A stretch of DNA of 63,981 bases, filler included, from Piptocephalis cylindrospora (Eukaryota), in NCBI GenBank assembly GCA_003614145.1. It is 3 parts of 3 records of this genome, joined end to end, with 100 filler letters (N's around TTAATTAATTAA, not from the genome) between each part and the next. Parts side by side here need not be neighbours in the genome. Positions count along the whole stretch, not along the records: positions 1 to 25,713 come from KZ987776.1; 2 more parts are not named here. One strand, given 5' to 3'. The notes under the pieces are model-generated. The model saw nothing but the letters and a program-made list of their open reading frames with translations, was not told where the DNA came from and ran no database searches. The position numbers and the translations under genes are program-made. Below, in pieces: positions 14,001-25,713 of the stretch. Each line of letters starts with the position of its first letter. Position 1 is the first letter of the stretch.

Positions 14001-16155
14001 CAGATCACCCTACATACCATCCATGGAATGATGCTTCTCTCCTCCTGAAATCCCATGTTATCTTCATTGGTACCAATCAGGATAAGATCCATCAAGACAT
14101 GAAGAATATGAGTGGAGAGGGTGAGGATCTCCTCGTGATAGCCAGCTCTGATCCTCCCAGAAGATGATTTTTCATCATGGTGGTCATCGTGGGAGGGTAG
14201 GGTTTGGGAGGAAAGGTTATAGGCAATGGAATCCAAGATCCCTTCTAAGGCCTCACGAAGTCCCTCTTCATCCTCCTCTTCTTCACCCTCCTCATTATCA
14301 TTCTCCCCTTGTCCTCTCAGTGAGGGAAAAGGGCCTTCATGGTACACGTGCCTCATCAGCCCTTCGACTCCCCGAGCAAGATGAGATAGGAAAGTCGAGG
14401 ATTCCTTCGAGGTGGAAAGAAAGGTCGAAGAGGAGCCTCTTAACGCAGAATTGATCAACTCTGCTAATAAGACCCATTGACGTCCCAGCCCATCTATACC
14501 CTTCTTCCCCATATCTAAGATGCTAATTATACGGGAGAGTGAGCAGGATCTATCCAGTTCTTTTCCCATCCCCAGCTACAACGTACCCTTGATCTACTAG
14601 GGAGGAGATGTAGGAAAGATGGAGGTCCAAGACTCCTTGTGCTGAAGGGGAGGAGGGGGAGGAGGACGAAGGAGGGGTGGATGTACTTTGAAAGAAGGGG
14701 GAGGTGGAGGTGGCAGTGGAGGGAGAGGAAGAGGCGGATAAGGGCGAGTTGGGGACGGGAGTAAAATTAGGGGAGGATGAAGGGGAGGAAGGGATGAGAG
14801 GACCTCCTCCTCCAGAACGACGTGAGACACGGGAAAACCATTGGAGATCCACGAGATGTAAGAGACATTGTCCAGCAAGGTGTTCCAAGGTTTCCTTTCC
14901 TATTGGGGATGTGGATGCGTCCTGATTTTCATCCCATCCCCGGATAAAGACGTATACTTCGTAAAAGAGCTTGATAACGTCGGATCTGGATAGAAGGGAA
15001 GACCAAGCGGGGTGAATTTGTCGAGGTACCCCACCTTTTTCCCAGTTGACCTCTTCATCCATAGGGTGAAGGTATGAGTGGTAATTATCTTCACCCTCCA
15101 CCATTCCTTACTCACCTTCAAGACCAAAGGGCCATTGAAGAATCATCTCGGAGAGGATCAGGGCGTCGGCAAGAATGGCCATGTTGGATTGGGATGCGGC
15201 AGAGAAAAGGGTTTGAAGGGTAAATTCCATCATGCCAAGTAGTTCATTTTCCTGAGAAGAGTTGATGTGAGGTGGAGGGAGTGGATCATAGTCAGCCTTG
15301 AACTTCCACCCTGACTGACCTCAAGGCCTCGCTTAGCCTGAAGATGCATCTCCCATGGAATTCCCAGAGGGTGGGGGTCCATAAGGGAAAATTCCCGAAG
15401 AAGGACCTTCCACCATGCTAAGCGCAACGGAGTCTTCGAGGAAGAAAGGAAGGAAGGAAGGAAAAGGGTGAGCGGTGCCATGGGACATGAAAAGGGGGAA
15501 CTTACGAGGACATTCGGGGTAGCATCCTGGAAATCAGGGCCATCTAGATGTATCATAGAATGCCATTGAATGGGCGTGGAATGAAGAGTGCGTTTAAGGA
15601 GGATTCCAGCGGTCTATAGACGATGAGGTAGGAGAAGGTCAGTGGAACTTGGGATGATGACGAGAGCAAGTCATCGTACACTCAACAGTTCATCCCTGAC
15701 ACTGGGAAGAAGAGGATGATGGGGTGGGGAGGAGAGGAGATGGGAAAAGATCCAGGCGAGGAGGGTGGACTGGAAAGGATCCGAGGAGAGTGAGTTGACC
15801 GTGGCGTGTATTGAACCACTAAGATAGAAGTGTCGTAATGCTACAGCAGCTTGGAATTGAGCCATGGGTAGGGTAGAATGGGCTATGGGGAGAGGAAGAT
15901 GGATGAGACGCTCAGTAGTGATGATGAACGCGATGGGAAAGACCCACCAAGGATGTATTGGCACAGCTGGGGGCATTCTGGGGTTTGACCTATTTGCAAA
16001 ATGACTTGCTCAGCCTGCTGCCGTCTCTCCGGAGTCTGATGGGAGGGGGATGTGAGTGGGAAGAAAGGGAGAATATTACTAGGGATCGGGAGAAAGCGCA
16101 CCTCCAAGTCTCGACACGCCTGTTCAATCTGGCCCAAGACTTGGGATGGGTCCAT
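11010..16155 (-). CDS. XPO4: Exportin-4-like karyopherin (importin-beta family), multi-exon
   Basis: N-terminus IEQACRDLE...ERRQQAEQVILQI...CQYIL...AQFQAAVALR. Internal spliced exon LVWWIHRWSKTYLFLDPSDY resembles the XPO4 WFLKRWAKTYL motif. Last exon EAYLEFKEKLL...WPFLKMH*. Confidence 0.78.
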
Positions 16156-16965
16156 GGCTGAGGAAGGGAGGGAGAGAGGGAGAGGAAGAGGAAGAGGAAG
16201 AAAGAAAGAAAGAGAAAGGGAGAGAAAGAGAAAGAGAAAGAAGCGAGGGGAACAGTAAAGTAGGGGAAGAAGGAAGTGAGATGGTGGAGTTTACAGGTCT
16301 GGAACAGTATAGTTCGTCTCGGACTAGAAGAGCTCTGTCCCACTGTTGTTGTCATATTGGAGGAAGATATACGCACGCACAAATGCGTTTCCAGATCCAC
16401 CTGTGATGGGGGCTAGGAAGAACAAGCACGTATCAATTCCGATCGAGTAAGTGAAGTAACAGCTCATTTGTGTATCGTATCTGTGAGATCCAGGGTCTGA
16501 AGTGCAAGAGAAGGGGGGGAGGGATTGCCCTCTTACGAAAAGGCAGTGTTTATGTGAGGTGGATGCAGGATGAATTTGTTGATCATCTGGAGAAGTACGT
16601 CCCCTTACGAGAAAGAAGGGAAAATGGGCTTTGATTCGAAGATCATGGATAGACTAGACTTGATGCTCGCATAGATGAGTGAAAGGCTCCTCCCCGCCCA
16701 AAGCGTGAACTATAGAGAGCGCGATTGATCCCATACCTTGTGCGCAATGACCAGGAGATATAGTGAGGACTGGCCTGGTAACCCTAGCGGGCCAGCTCTT
16801 TCCTCTCACATGTGTGTCAGTGCGCAATACCAAAGTGATTTTTATAAAGTGTGGTAGAGAAAGAAACAATCAGATCCCATCTGTACGCACCACCTCTTTT
16901 CTCTTCTTTCTTACACAAACCTTACCCAGATCCTTCTCAAACCTTCCTTACACAGAATCAACATC

Positions 16966-17925
16966 ATGGGAAACGACGGCGGCTCCATTCCTCGTAGGAT
17001 GGATCAGGTCAAGGAGAAGAAAAAGGTACAGACGGCTGATTCGACTCAGCTTCGTATTGCACGATGGTTCTTTTGTGCGCTGTCCAAGGTAAGGCAGGGA
17101 GTGAAGAGAGAAAAGGGCAAGGGGGAAGATAAGACAACTGATGTATTCCCTTTCCTTAAACAGCAACCGCTCGAGTGCCCCGTGGTGGCGGATGCAGGAG
17201 GAACACTGTATAACCGGGAAGCAATTCTCAAGTTCTTGCTGGACCGAGATGCATATGGAGATGGGGAGGAGGTGTGTGGGCACATTCGGCAACTCAGGGA
17301 TGTCAAGACCTTGAAGCTCACGGCCAACCCGACGCTTCGACCCAGGCAGAGTGGATTAGAGGGGATGACGACGCCCTCAACCGTGCCGAAATCCCAGTTC
17401 CTCTGCCCGGTCACGCAAAGAGAGATGGATGGGTCGGGCGATTTTTACTTTGGAAAGCAATGTGGATGCGTGGTGAGCGGAAGGGCGGTAAGGGAACTTG
17501 GAAAGGATCGGTGCTTACAATGCGATGCAGTATTGGAGCAGGGGGGTGGGATGGACTTGGTGCCAATTAATCCCGAGGAGGATGTAAGGGGCGAATTACT
17601 GAGAAAGGCTGAAGAGGAGAGGAAGGTGAGGATGAGACAAAAGGAGAAAAGAAAGAGGGGCAAGAAGAAGGGGACGGAGGAGGAGGCAGAAGCGGAAGCG
17701 GAAGCAGAGGAGGATAGACAGAGGAAAAAGAAGCGATCTAGGGCTGATGATCCGGCTGGGGCCAAGGCGATCCTTGAAGCATACCGTCGACAAGGGGGAG
17801 GAAAGACACCGTCAGCAGCCATTCAAGAGATGTACACTCAAAGGAAGAAGAAGGGAGAAGAAGGAGACAAAGATCAGGATGGAAATTTTCTTGTACGCGG
17901 CACCTTTACCCGATATGCAGCTTAA
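16966..17925 (+). CDS. RTF2: Replication termination factor 2 (Rtf2 RING-like)
   Basis: Diagnostic start MGNDGGSIPRR, WFFCALSK, GTLYNREAILKFLL, HIRQLRDV, FLCPVT, CGCVVS, C-terminal RGTFTRYA. One in-frame intron at about 17089-17163. Confidence 0.93.
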   Translation: MGNDGGSIPRRMDQVKEKKKVQTADSTQLRIARWFFCALSKVRQGVKREKGKGEDKTTDVFPFLKQQPLECPVVADAGGTLYNREAILKFLLDRDAYGDGEEVCGHIRQLRDVKTLKLTANPTLRPRQSGLEGMTTPSTVPKSQFLCPVTQREMDGSGDFYFGKQCGCVVSGRAVRELGKDRCLQCDAVLEQGGGMDLVPINPEEDVRGELLRKAEEERKVRMRQKEKRKRGKKKGTEEEAEAEAEAEEDRQRKKKRSRADDPAGAKAILEAYRRQGGGKTPSAAIQEMYTQRKKKGEEGDKDQDGNFLVRGTFTRYAA

Positions 17926-18458
17926 ATGAATGGATGCTGATTGATGTGTTGTTAATCATAGTATCATTGGTGGTATGATGATTAAAGTATGAGCGATGTG
18001 ATCTTTGGAGGAGAGGGTGTGAACGGGACTAGGATATAGGATTTACTTTGAAACCCCATTTATTTTCTGGCCTCCATACCAAATATTTGCCATGTAGGGA
18101 CTAGGATAGTACATCGGACAGGAGACAGTGGCCATTGATGAAAAGCACTAAAAAGTGTGGAATTTGAGCCAATTTTGTCCCTCAGGCGGGGAGAGGGGAG
18201 AGTTGTACTCAGCCTGGATAGTATCAGGGGGAAGCAGCACAACTAAAAAAGACCCAGATACTACTCTACCCTCTGGCCCATACATGATAGAGAGGTATAC
18301 ACACATAGACACACATAGACACACACACACACACGGAAAGACCCGCGCGTCCAGGAAGCAAGAGAGTGAGTATAGGAAGGGAACGTTGTTGAAAGAAAAA
18401 AGGCACAAAACATCTAGAGAAAACCCCTCTCTTCTCCCCCATCGACCTCGTCATCCCC

Positions 18459-19127
18459 ATGCTCAGAACCGCAGCTAAAGGTAGGAACGTTGGTCTGGCC
18501 AGACAATTTTGGACGGCTTCGGCCGCACAATCGAATATCGGGTCGACACCGGTGATCCGACCAGCCGAAGTGGAGGTACGGGAGGTGCGGGAGGCTCGGG
18601 AACTCACGAGGGGAGGAAAGGGAGATGGGCCAGGAACACTGGAGGTGTCTGGGCCGAACGGACGGGTGAGCTTGCCCCTTTTCCCCTTTATTAGCCTATA
18701 CCGGACGAGTCTTGCCGGGGGAGGGGACACGATTCAGGTGGGGGTGAAGGATGCGGGGGAGAGACATCAACGGGCGATGTGGGGGACGACGCGAGCCCTC
18801 CTTGCAAATGCGGTGACGGGGGTGACGGAGGGATATAATGTTCCTGTGAGGTTCGTGGGAGTAGGATACCGGGCGACGCTAGAGGAAGATGGAAAACGGG
18901 TGAGCCTACGATTGGGATACAGTGGACCGTTGACCGAGGTGGTGCCTCCGGGCGTGACGGTACGATCCGTGAACCCAACGCGACTGATCATCTCTGGAGC
19001 GAACCTGCAACAGGTCAAGGAATTTGCCGGGAGGATCCGTCGGTACCGACCTCCCGAGCCGTACAATCAAAAGGGGGTGTTTGTTGGGGATGAGACGATT
19101 AAGAAGAAGGAGGGGAAGAAGAAGTAG
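18459..19127 (+). CDS. MRPL6: Mitochondrial ribosomal protein uL6m
   Basis: Arg-rich presequence, SNIGSTPV, RAMWGTTRALLANAVTGVTEG, FVGVGYRA, RPPEPYNQKGVF...IKKKEGKKK. Confidence 0.95.
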   Translation: MLRTAAKGRNVGLARQFWTASAAQSNIGSTPVIRPAEVEVREVREARELTRGGKGDGPGTLEVSGPNGRVSLPLFPFISLYRTSLAGGGDTIQVGVKDAGERHQRAMWGTTRALLANAVTGVTEGYNVPVRFVGVGYRATLEEDGKRVSLRLGYSGPLTEVVPPGVTVRSVNPTRLIISGANLQQVKEFAGRIRRYRPPEPYNQKGVFVGDETIKKKEGKKK

Positions 19128-19223
19128 AGGAGAGAGGGGAGGGGGGGGGGGGAGAGTGATCAATACAATACAATGGAATGGAATGAACCGGGATGTATTG
19201 AAGAAGAGGGAAAGGAGATGGGA

Positions 19224-19910
19224 TCAAAAGGAAAGTACGACATCATCATCCTCCTCCTCCTCCTCATTCAAGGGCTGTTGGTTTATGGCCTTGGTGGAAG
19301 GACCTTGGCCAATGCCATGCCAAATGACGTAGGCAAGCATGAGAGTGACACCGCCGACGACACTGAGGAAGCGTTGACGAATGACCTCCCTTTCCTCCGG
19401 GGATCTCTTGAGAGATGGGGGAGAGGAGGGGGAGGAGGAGGATCGCTTCCTCCACCAGATCCAGGAAGCATTGGAGCCCTTGAAGGGATGGGGAAGGGAA
19501 GCGAGGAGGGCATTACAAGCACTTGGAGCCCTTCCCTCCGCGGGGATACTCGGAAGGGTAGCAGAGTGATTGAGAGACCAGGCACGATCCTTGACACGAG
19601 AAACCAGTTGGACCAGGGAGGGAAAGTCACGATTGAGCATGTCGGCGAGCTCAGAGTCGGGAAGGGGGACCAGGTGAACGGAGAGATGAGCATAGACGAT
19701 GGCGTCGAGGGAGGAGGGATGATCTCCGAAAAAGAAGTCATTTTCACCCAAGAGTCTAGCGAGGGCCGTGTAGACCTTTTGTGCCTCTTCATAGACCTAG
19801 AGGAGGGAAGGATGAGAGGANNNNNNNNNNAACACAGTGTCGTGATGCGGCAGCATGACGGGGGGGTGGGGTGTTTTGTGGTGGCTTTAGTAGAGGGGGG
19901 GGGGGGGGGG

Positions 19911-19941
<31 letters not shown>

Positions 19942-20671
19942 AGAGAGAGAGGGGGAGATCAAGTGGAACGGACCCGAGGAAGATGAATCATCTGAGAGGA
20001 AACGGGGCCATCGCCCACCGAGGGCTTCTTCCCATCTGGGGTGGTGGAGGAGAGAGGATCGTACTTGGCTAACTTTTCCCTAGCCCGAGTGGCCAAGTGA
20101 ATTGGAGTCCACCACCTAGTCCAGAGGGGAAGGGAAGAGGCCTGAAGGGGTCGAATGACCTTTGCGTAATTCTCATCTTCCTTGTACCAGAGGTATTTCT
20201 AGGGAGAAGGGGGAGGGGGGGATGAGAGAAGTGTAGGGCCGAGATGGAGATGGAACAGACACTGCCCACATACTGTAGCATCGAGGAGAATCTCGCCAAC
20301 AAGGGATCGGTAGGCTTTGGAGGTGGCTTGTTCAGTCGGGGAAAGATGGAGTCGATCCAGGGCATTGTCCTGGTCATCCAGATATCCGAGGATTTGTCTA
20401 GGGCCTGAGATGACAGTGTCGTCGACACGAAGGACGGGTAAAAGACCCGAGGAGGAGAGATGAGGGTTGGACGTGGTAGTGTCCATGGCCCAAGGGACAC
20501 TTCCTAGGGCGAGATAAGTCTGGCGGGGGGAGGGATGAGAGGAGCCAGGCTGGGATGGGATGGGATGAAAAAGGAACTTACGGCGATGGCTAGACATTCG
20601 GGATCATGAGTAGGAAGACCCCAGTGGCTTGACCAGGTAAACAGCTCTAGGAGTGGGGGAGTAGGGGACAT
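19224..20671 (-). CDS. Metaxin / Sam37-Tom37 family mitochondrial outer-membrane protein
   Basis: WSSHWGLPTHDPECLA, SNPHLSSSGLLPVL, LWYKEDENY, GST-C-like LARLLGENDFFFGDHPSSLDAIVYAHL, C-terminal TM. One intron contains a poly-G tract and an N10 gap (19821-19830). Confidence 0.85.
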
Positions 20672-21018
20672 GGTAAGGGGAGCGAGAAGAGGAGGGGAGA
20701 GGAGAGGAGAGGAGAGAAGGGTGTCGGAGCAACACCGTGATGAATGACGTGGGGCGGGTGTTGTTGTTATCGAGAGGAAAGGATCGACGCGTCTGTCTTT
20801 TTTTCCCTCCGTCTCCTCGTCCCCCCTTGGCCGAGCCAAGGTGAAGGGATGCACTTGGGCTCCGTGGTATTCGAGAGATCAAGAAGAAACACGAACGGGA
20901 AATCTATTTCGTGTCAAGGTAAATAGCCATCTCGCTTCTTCTCCCTCTCTCCCTCCACACACACAGATACAGAAAAGTAGACATGGTGAGGTACAGGGGG
21001 CACATGGTTTAAAAAGGA

Positions 21019-21261
21019 CTAGAGAGCAGAGTGTTCTGCTCGGGGGTGATGAGGCGAAGTAGAGGGGCGAAGTAGGGAAGCGGAGAGGGCCTTGGGACGG
21101 GAAAGTCTTGGGGTGGTGGAGTTGTAGGAGGGGGCAAGGCGACAGGTCAGGGGTTCAACGACCTTTTGGGCCGAGGAAGAGGCGGAGGTGGTAGAGGTCG
21201 TCAGTCTCTGAGAGGACCCAGTGGCAAGGTGACGGAAGGCTAGCTGAAAGGTAAAGGGCAT
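21019..21261 (-). CDS. Possible small orphan protein (80 aa, Ser/Thr/Arg-rich)
   Basis: ATG-initiated ORF after a pyrimidine-rich leader and a TATATAAG on the minus strand at about 21411-21418. No recognisable domain. Confidence 0.3.
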   Translation of the reverse strand: MPFTFQLAFRHLATGSSQRLTTSTTSASSSAQKVVEPLTCRLAPSYNSTTPRLSRPKALSASLLRPSTSPHHPRAEHSAL

Positions 21262-23721
21262 CCTGGAGGGGGGAAGGGACGGGTTTTACACACTGGGGTC
21301 GGAGGGAAGGAAGAAAGGAAGGAGGGAGGGGGGGAGGAGGAAGAGAGGGAAAAGGATACTTTTCGAGCATTCTTCTTTTGGGGTTGTAGATCACCTGGTC
21401 TACCGCGGGGCTTATATAATGAGAGAAGAAGTGGTGAACCTGGGTTGAGAGGCGTGAGATTGATGATAAGAGAAAGGGGGGAGAGCCACCATAGCAATGT
21501 ATGTGTGGAGGGGCCACACACAAAGTACTGCGCGATATGGAAGAGGGGGGATGTTGGCTGGTCAAGGAGAGAGAGAGAGAGAGAGAGACTTGCACCTACC
21601 CGCTTAAGGGGAGAAGAAAAGGGCATATCAAGCAGCACGCAAAATCGGTACAGCTGCATACGTGTCCCTCGCAATGTCCCACACCATCCTCTATCCCCTG
21701 TCTATTGAGTACTGGAAGGGCTGGTGGTGGCCACGGCAGCAGCAGCAGCAGCAGCAGGACAAATGATGTTTCAGTTGGAGTTTTCAGGGCAAAGAGTTTG
21801 ATATCCTTGCCCTTCCCCTGTGCTGTGGTGGTGGTGTGAAGAAAAAGGAGGGCTAGCTACCAGGACAACCGTAAGGAGAGAGCGAGGGTGAGTGAGCGAG
21901 AGTGAGTAAGAGCGAGAACACGCCTCCTCACCCGCGGGAGGAGGGCTAGACACGGTAGGTACAAAATCATTTGCTTCACCCTCCCAGTGTCGCCAGGACC
22001 GGATCGATAGCGAATAGAGGGCGTGGTGGATGAATCCTAATGCGGATAAGGATGTCATACAAGATGGCGCGTTATTGAGAAGAGACATAAAGATGGGAGG
22101 ATGCTGCTTCACATCCCTTGATGTATCCAGCGGAGGAGGTGGAACGGATGCATCTTCTGTCAGGTCGATAGATAGGAAAGACGGATGACCCGCCTCTCCC
22201 TCTCTCCTCTCTTGATCTTCTAAAGACGCAACAAGGCATGGACGGATGGGGAAGGAGAAGCATCATCACCCCATTCAGCACGTCCCAAAGGGAAGGATCT
22301 GCGGACGCGACCTAGCTTGTGTGCAAGAGAAGGATCTGCCGTGTCCCCCGCTCCATACTACGAGATGTCCCCACGGACGCGACATGCCTTATCCATCCCC
22401 ATCCCCTTCCCCATCACCATTCCCTTCAATGACATTACCCCACAGACGCGTTGACCCCCTTGATCTGCAAAGACTATGGATGTGGGCTCCTCTCTCCCGG
22501 GCTCCTCAGTGGTCCAACTGGAGGAATCCTTTCAAGGGGGGAGAGAGAGAGGGTCATTGTGAGATAGTTCAATGTGGCCATGACAAATATCTGGATCTTT
22601 CTGGATGAAAGCAATACGGTTCGTGACGCGACGACGGGTTTCAAGGGCAACGGCCTGTGGTGTTGTCATGACCAAGAATGGCCAAGCGTCAAAGAGCCGA
22701 GGAGCCGAAGAGCCGAGGAACCGTGGAGAGCAAGAGTCAAATGAGAGAGGCATCATGATGAGTAACCGCAGTCACTGTTTCATCACAACCCTCGCACCTC
22801 CTAGAAGCCTCTCCACACCCCACCGCCGCCATCACCACTCTATCGATCCCATCCCCAGATGGCCATGCCAGTGACCCCTCCCCCCGATGACCGCCAGATA
22901 GGGAAAAAAAGAGGAAAACCTGCAATTTATCTCATCCATCTCATTTTGCCTCTAGGTCCCCACTCCCAGGTCAGGTCAGATCAGATCATTTGTCTCCTCG
23001 CAAGATCAAGACAAAGAGAGAAGGGTCACGCCAATACAGGAGATGATGGCTTGATGTGTGGAGATCTGATAGGGAGAGAGCCTCTCCCTACAGAGAGCGA
23101 ACAAGGATCAGGAGATCTTTGTGTGTGTGTGTGTGCCTGTTTTTTCATCCCTTCGCACTTACCCACCTTCTCAACACTCTATCTATATGAATGTGTGACA
23201 CATCCGTACTACGACGCGGCGCTAAAGTATCTCCCTCGCTCTATAAAGAGCTGCCCCAATCATACGGATCATGGTCAAGAACGTGCTATGAGGTAGGCCA
23301 AGGCTAAAAAGGGATGGCTAATAGGTGGCGATGGGTAGGAGTGTGCTGCTGTGCTCTCTGTCCTTCTCCGCACGGTCTGTATTGTGCCCCTTGCCCCCTC
23401 CACCTAGTGAGAGAGCAGCAGCAGTAGTAACACCAACACCAATCCCGCCACCCCAATTGCCCCACACACCAGCACACCCCTTAAGGGATGAAAAAGAAGA
23501 ATCACCCAGTAGAGATGAGTCAAGAGATGAGATGTTGACCTGAATGGGCCGTACTCAGAGCCTTGTCATCTCTACACACACGGAAACGACGAGAGCACAG
23601 AGCCCCCTCCCCTTCCCTCCCTCCCCTCCCCTTTCCATCTCCACACACAAACTCAACCAGTACCCAGTAGGTTGGATGAGGACATTCATGTCAGTCCAGT
23701 CTCATCTCCCACTCATCACAT

Positions 23722-23753
<32 letters not shown>

Positions 23754-23765
23754 TACGCACACACA
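23722..23765. repeat. (CA)n microsatellite
   Basis: Directly visible CA run with a degenerate end. Confidence 0.9.
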
Positions 23766-23950
23766 CGTTCTCCTCAGCCCACATTGCCTCATCCTTCCAC
23801 ATTGGTACTGGTGGGGCCAAGATGGTGTGTAAGGGGGGAGGGTATATCGGGACTGCCGATGCGTAATTCCACCTCTATCCCCCGCTTCCTCCTTGCCCAT
23901 CCGCTCTCTAGCAATGTATAAAAGAACTCTTGCCTTCAAGGCCCCTCTAT

Positions 23951-24000
23951 CCCATCCCGCCTATCCTCCACCCCATCCCGCCTATCCTCCACCCCATCCT
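23951..24000 (+). repeat. 21-bp tandem repeat CCCATCCCGCCTATCCTCCAC (2 copies plus a partial one)
   Basis: Copies at 23951-23971 and 23972-23992, just downstream of TATAAAAG at 23917. Confidence 0.8.
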
Positions 24001-24388
24001 ATCCTATCCTTCCTATCACATCCCATCCTCCTATCTCTCACCACACTTCACCCCTGTCTTCTCTGCTATCATCCAGCCGATTCCCCTCTCACATTGGACT
24101 CCGATCCTATCTCCGAGCCCGGCGATCCCCTCCCCCCTCTCATCTTGATAAGCCCCTCCCCCTTGTCCTCCCTCACCTTGAAACAATAGCGCTTTCTGTC
24201 GTCGCACACCTGGACCATCCACCATCAAGATCCATCCAATTCAATTTCCTTTTTCGTCTTTTAGGGTATAAAAGGATCCCTGTTCCCCACACTGCCCTTG
24301 GCCCAAGCCACCCTCCTTCATCCTTCCCCGCTCCTGCTTTGACCTCTCCTCCTTTCCCTCTCCTCCCACCCCCCTTCCCTTTCTCATC

Positions 24389-24910
24389 ATGGACCTCAAC
24401 TGGTGTATCGTCTGTGATCAACACATTGATTCTCCCGATCCAACCTCCCTGTACTGCTCAAGTGCTTGTAGGGATCTAGAGGCCGCTGCCACCCCTCTCC
24501 TCGTTCCCTCCTCCTCGCCCTTCCTCCCCTCCTCCTCCCCCACCTCCTCTATCGCCGATCCCCATCACCCCATCCCCCTTCATCGTACCGTCTCCCCATT
24601 TCAACACATCCCACAAAGGTCCTCTCCATTTGCCTTGAATCCCGCCGCCCTCTACACCCCCTCGCCCACCGTCACCATCCTGCCCCTGCCCCCGGCTTCC
24701 AGTACCTCCACATCCCCATCCCCCTCCCCCATCCCCACAGTCGAGGAAGAGGAGGAGGAAGAGGATATCTGGGAGGATGTCTCTACCCCTCCCTCCACCA
24801 CCACCACCACCACCACCAAGCCTCAGCCTCAATTTGACCTCTCGGGCTGGGGTCAGTGGGAAGTCAAGGGTCATTCTCATGCGAGTACCACCGCTCTTTC
24901 CGTACTATGA
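24389..24910 (+). CDS. ECL1: Ecl1/2/3-family (extender of chronological lifespan) zinc-binding protein
   Basis: N-terminal MDLNWCIVCDQHI...SLYCSSACRDLE is the CxxC...YCSxxC motif, followed by a Ser/Pro-rich tail. TATAAAAG at 24267. Confidence 0.85.
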   Translation: MDLNWCIVCDQHIDSPDPTSLYCSSACRDLEAAATPLLVPSSSPFLPSSSPTSSIADPHHPIPLHRTVSPFQHIPQRSSPFALNPAALYTPSPTVTILPLPPASSTSTSPSPSPIPTVEEEEEEEDIWEDVSTPPSTTTTTTTKPQPQFDLSGWGQWEVKGHSHASTTALSVL

Positions 24911-24987
24911 GGAGTCCCTTTCCGTACTATGAGGAGTCCCTTTCCGTACTATAAGGAGTCCCTTTCCGTACTATAAGGAGTCCCTTT
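24896..24987 (+). repeat. 22-bp tandem repeat, 4 copies: CTTTCCGTACTAT(G/A)AGGAGTCC
   Basis: Units start at 24896, 24918, 24940 and 24962. The first unit contains the Ecl1 stop codon. Confidence 0.95.
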
Positions 24988-25033
24988 GCATACCCGCGCT
25001 CATCCCCCCTCCCTCATCTGCCCTTGACAACAC

Positions 25034-25080
25034 TTATGTATCACCAATAAAATTCTCTTGTACTGCACACACACATCCAT

Positions 25081-25125
<45 letters not shown>

Positions 25126-25713
25126 TTCCTTTCCACATCCCATACTCCCCCCGGGAATCTTTTTTTTCATCGTACAACACGACTTGAAGTTGCTTCCCAC
25201 CAAACCATCGACCATCCAAGGCCCCCTTGGCTCCCACCGCATCCACCTTGTCTTCATACTCAACAAACACTCGGACCACCCCAGCCTCGGCCCTGCCCAC
25301 ATCCACGTGCACTCGATCAATCTGGCCATACTTGCTGCACTCCTCCTTAAAATCCCCCTCCAACTCCTCATCCACCTCCCCGACCGGTACAGGGTCCCTG
25401 ATCATGAGGACACGTGTGTCCATTTCAATGTCCTATTCGGACCATACAGAGAAATAGGGATAGATAGATGAATGAATAAATGGCTCAGTCCCCTCCCTCC
25501 TGACCCTCACATTATACATCACACGACTTGGCGCACTCACCTGCTGACTCTGGGCTAGACGTTGCATCACCGCATACCGCTGATCCCCATTCCGGATCCT
25601 CATATCCGACTCCTCCGCCAATGTCCCCTCTTCATGACCCGACCCCATGCTCTCCAGCACTGGAGCCCCCTCTGACACATCCAAAGGGTAGATCGCCTTG
25701 CGTACATACAACT
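25034..25713 (-). CDS. PUF60: PUF60-like splicing factor, 3' part only (C-terminal UHM/RRM); 5' part cut by the scaffold end
   Basis: TLAEESDMRIRNGDQRYAVMQRL and EVDEELEGDFKEECSKYGQIDRV...VRVFVEY...ALDGRWFGG...VLYDE closely parallel the PUF60 C-terminus. The stop position is uncertain because the frame runs into a (GA)n repeat. Confidence 0.75.

Noticed and set aside
19173..20072. 299-aa plus-strand ORF
   Set aside because: It is the antisense shadow of the metaxin gene and runs through an N gap and poly-G.
24896..24987. 22-bp repeats as a CRISPR array
   Set aside because: The units are head-to-tail with no spacers, there are no cas genes, and the context is eukaryotic.
25034..25170. Arg-Glu repeat C-terminal tail on PUF60
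   Set aside because: It is just translation of a (GA)n microsatellite after A8/G6 homopolymers near a scaffold end; a local indel is likely.
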